The notes under the pieces were generated by a model. The model was not told where the DNA came from. It did no database searches and worked only from the letters and a program-made list of their open reading frames with translations. DNA of 60,885 bases, counting the filler, from Candidatus Babelota bacterium (lineage in GTDB: Bacteria; JAGOBX01), in NCBI GenBank assembly GCA_017999075.1. It is 11 parts of 11 records of this genome, joined end to end, with 100 filler letters (N's around TTAATTAATTAA, not from the genome) between each part and the next. Parts side by side here need not be neighbours in the genome. Positions count along the whole stretch, not along the records: positions 56,949 to 60,885 come from JAGOBX010000393.1; 10 more parts are not named here. The stretch is one strand, 5' to 3'. The position numbers were made by a program, and so were the translations under genes. Position 1 is the first letter of the stretch. Each line of letters begins with the position of its first letter. This document shows, piece by piece, positions 57,998 through 60,885 of the stretch.

Positions 57998-59485
57998 TTA
58001 AAAATTTTTACCAACCCCTTCAGTTATTTCTAAAGTATTGTCAGTATCGGAAATTTTATGTCTCATAATCTTTTTTTTAATTTTCCGATAGAATTTGATT
58101 ATTTTCTGCAAAACAGGAAAAACTTCACAGATGTTCGCTGACGCCAAAATATGGTCAGCTATATATATCATCGGATGCCGCATATAACAAGGAAATTTAT
58201 ATAATTTATTATAAAAACGCATAATTTTAAAAAAATTATTTTTATAAAAAATCAGAAGTTTTTCTGGAAGGGCATTATTAATAATTGTTTGACAATCCTC
58301 AAAGTAACTGTCAGAATCTATATTTTTTATTAATTTATTGGCTTTGCAGTATGCAAACAAATCAGAACCGGGATAAGGAGTTATTATTGAAAGCTGAATC
58401 ATTTTAACTTCTGCCTGGGCGTTTATTTTTATTGTTTTAATAATATCATACGGAGTTTCTTCCGGTCCGCCTATCATATTAAACGCATAAATATCAATTT
58501 TGTATTTTCTAACCAAACTGAGTTTCTCAATCATTAATTTCTGAGACATATCCCTTTTCAATATGTTTTGTCTATAGTTTTCACTACCGCTTTCTATTCC
58601 TATTAGTAATTGATTAGCGCCAGCTGATTTAAGCAATTCTATAGTTTCTTCGGTAATTAAATTAATTCTTATGTTAAAATCAAATGGTTTGTTTATGTAC
58701 TTTTTATATTCACTGATAAATTCTCGATACCAGTTCATATCAAGCGTTAGAATGTCATCGGTAAAACGGAAATATTCTATCTGATAGTTTTTTATCAGTT
58801 TTTCAAGTTCACTTATAGTCCGGCTAACGCTGAAATATCTGATTTTTGAAGTTTTTTTTATTTCCCTCAGAATCTTGTTAGCGCAATACGAACAGTTATA
58901 AGGACAGCCGCGCGATGCAAGAAAATTGGCGGTTTTCTTTTCCCGCGGTTCATAGATATTTCCATAATCAAAAAGTTCCCAGTCATAGCCCGGAATATCA
59001 TCGAGAGACTCCAAGGAATTTGTTTCAATAATTCCATTATTAAAATCAAAATCTCTATTAAGTATCCCGGCAATATTATTGGTATTTCCATTTTTTTCAG
59101 ATAACAGCTGTTTTAAAGGAAGCTCGCCTTCTCCAACACAGATCATATCTACTTCAGGGATTCCGAATACTTCTTCAGGCGCTATAGTTGAATGAATGCC
59201 ACCGCAGATTATCGGCGTATCAAAATTTTTTTTTAATAATTCGGCTGCTGCCGCCACATATTTGAATTGAGGGGAAGTAAATGAAAAACCAATGAACCTC
59301 GGTTTTAGTTCATTAGTCAAGGAAGGCAATTTTTGGATATCATTTTTATTTCGAAGATAAATCAATTTTACCGAAAATTTATGATGTTTCAAGTAAGAAG
59401 AAAGTCCTGCAATCCCGAAATGAATATTGTTTTTCCATTGATCAAGATGGATTATATCAAAATAAACAAATAGAATATCTGTCAT
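57998..59485 (-). CDS. B12-binding radical SAM protein
   Basis: GGIH.T, GEGE, SRGCPYNCSYC, GIESG, TPYPG. Confidence 0.9.
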   Translation of the reverse strand: MTDILFVYFDIIHLDQWKNNIHFGIAGLSSYLKHHKFSVKLIYLRNKNDIQKLPSLTNELKPRFIGFSFTSPQFKYVAAAAELLKKNFDTPIICGGIHSTIAPEEVFGIPEVDMICVGEGELPLKQLLSEKNGNTNNIAGILNRDFDFNNGIIETNSLESLDDIPGYDWELFDYGNIYEPREKKTANFLASRGCPYNCSYCANKILREIKKTSKIRYFSVSRTISELEKLIKNYQIEYFRFTDDILTLDMNWYREFISEYKKYINKPFDFNIRINLITEETIELLKSAGANQLLIGIESGSENYRQNILKRDMSQKLMIEKLSLVRKYKIDIYAFNMIGGPEETPYDIIKTIKINAQAEVKMIQLSIITPYPGSDLFAYCKANKLIKNIDSDSYFEDCQTIINNALPEKLLIFYKNNFFKIMRFYNKLYKFPCYMRHPMIYIADHILASANICEVFPVLQKIIKFYRKIKKKIMRHKISDTDNTLEITEGVGKNF

Positions 59486-59689
59486 TTGAAAAATGTATAG
59501 TTTAGCATATTTCTTAATTAAAATACATTGTTTAGTTGACAGTAAAATTATTCAACATAATATTAAAATTATACTTCAAAGCCGAATAACTTGTCAATCT
59601 CTTTGTTCTTTTTTATAGCTTTAACCGAAAAATGCATTAAAATTATACAAATCATTTTTTTGGATTTTTAGAAGTTTTCTTATTGCTTT

Positions 59690-60883
59690 TCACATCCCAA
59701 AAATTTTTTGAAACCAATTATGCTTATATTTTTCAGGATTATTGAGCCAATCCATAACTGCCGCAAAAACTTTCTGACCATCAGCAGTATAAAAAAATTG
59801 ATTTGTAAGAAGGTCAAAATCAGAAATTGCAAATACTTTTTCAGAAGCAGCCATTACAGTCAATTCAGGCGGGTCTGATATAATTGCATTTTCAAAAAAA
59901 GAATTTCCTGATTTTTTTCCTGTCTGCATAGGTGTAAAATTATTTATCAGTATGTAGTTTTTTTCTGCGGCGGCAATATTTATAAAATCATATGGTAATC
60001 TATTATTTTTTCCTGTTATCACACCGCTTCTCTTTAATCCAAATTTTTCTCCTGTTTTTTTTATAGTTCCATTAATAAAAAACCTGTTTTTTTCATCTGA
60101 CACGATTGTATAATCAGGAAATTTAATATTATAAAAAGATGCTATAATGTTCATTGGCGAAATATGTAATTCAGGATTATACCTCACACTAAAATATCCG
60201 CGCAATATTAATTGAAGCATAGTATCATTCATTATGTCAGTTTGACCGTCGGCAGCCAGCAGTATTCTTTTTGAATTTATAATTTCAGAATTAATCGATG
60301 ATTTATCAAGAGAAACCGCATTAACTACCAGATCATATTCTGAATAATCTGCAACTGTGTCTAAAGCAATCTCTATAGAATAACCTTCCATTTTCAAAAA
60401 TTCAGCAAAATAATCAAGTCCTCCCGGCGAATTATCAGGAACCAATCCGTATGCGCTCGCATCAATAAGAACTTTTTTAGAAATATTTTTATTATTAAAA
60501 TCATTTTCAGAATTAATTACCTGATATTTATATTTATGAATAATGCTTGATATATAATTTTGCTTTCCAGAATCCGGCAAATAAGAAGTATTGGAATTTT
60601 CAATTCCTGAAAGATAAACAAATAATTTTAATAAAAAATCTTTATTATTCTCAGCATTATTTCCAATAGGTTCAGTCATATTCCATAATATTTCCGCATC
60701 TCCCAAAACTACTATTTTCCCTCTGTTAAGATCATTTAAAGCAGCAGTAATTTTCAGATTCGGATCTTTAGGATTATTCATTTCAAGCAGTATTCTGACA
60801 CCGCTGTCAATATGTAATGGCGCAGGATAATACAACTCAACATTTTCAGAATTCCATATTTTAGAGCTGCAAAAAACCCATTG
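59690..60883 (-). CDS. Hypothetical protein (5'-truncated at window edge), possibly with GATase-like folds
   Basis: Frame is open to the window end; G.IVVLGD...N...L..LF.YL pattern. Confidence 0.6.
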   Translation of the reverse strand, partial: QWVFCSSKIWNSENVELYYPAPLHIDSGVRILLEMNNPKDPNLKITAALNDLNRGKIVVLGDAEILWNMTEPIGNNAENNKDFLLKLFVYLSGIENSNTSYLPDSGKQNYISSIIHKYKYQVINSENDFNNKNISKKVLIDASAYGLVPDNSPGGLDYFAEFLKMEGYSIEIALDTVADYSEYDLVVNAVSLDKSSINSEIINSKRILLAADGQTDIMNDTMLQLILRGYFSVRYNPELHISPMNIIASFYNIKFPDYTIVSDEKNRFFINGTIKKTGEKFGLKRSGVITGKNNRLPYDFINIAAAEKNYILINNFTPMQTGKKSGNSFFENAIISDPPELTVMAASEKVFAISDFDLLTNQFFYTADGQKVFAAVMDWLNNPEKYKHNWFQKIFGM

Positions 60884-60885
60884 CT

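Noticed and set aside
427..59091. Many short antisense or overlapping ORFs in the track (e.g. 427-711, 15513-16040, 20756-21052, 40713-41048, 55885-56259)
   Set aside because: Shadow ORFs opposite or inside well-supported genes, with no motifs or SD
1..60885. Genome-wide stop-codon reassignment (TAG or TGA)
   Set aside because: Long conserved genes are intact under code 11, and TGA and TAG terminate genes at expected C-termini (hisF TGA, folC TAG); only one internal TAG was seen
1..60885. CRISPR arrays, tRNA or rRNA genes, known riboswitches (e.g. purine riboswitch before guaD, T-box before pheS)
   Set aside because: No repeat-spacer periodicity, cloverleaf or consensus riboswitch motifs were recognised by eye

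Overview
This is not contiguous DNA. It is 11 contigs of a very AT-rich (roughly 25-30% GC by eye), flagellated bacterium, probably a MAG. The contigs are joined by ten artificial 100-nt linkers (N44-TTAATTAATTAA-N44), so gene adjacency is meaningful only within a contig. The content is mostly housekeeping or signalling genes (hisF, folC, pheS, cheD, mfd, clpB, an AddA-like helicase-nuclease, msrAB, guaD, a ClC channel, an FHA-GAF adenylate cyclase, a cNMP-binding histidine kinase, a GH13 amylase), plus large FN3 surface proteins, a type I PKS module, two B12 radical-SAM enzymes, ends of IS1634- and IS21-like elements, and a serine-recombinase accessory contig. The most notable signals, all read by eye, are: (1) a sigma28-driven tandem flagellin locus with an unusually long (~400 nt) structured, GGA-rich leader and a separate ~220-nt multibranched intergenic RNA, a candidate CsrA-linked RNA regulatory system; (2) a repeat-bounded cassette region next to a serine recombinase, containing a GYF_2 gene split at an A10/A-AAA-AAG slippery site; (3) a giant FN3 protein interrupted by one in-frame amber codon; (4) a probable non-canonical ATC/ATT start codon; (5) a higher-GC cluster of GIY-YIG-like genes. 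No CRISPR array, rRNA or tRNA was recognised.
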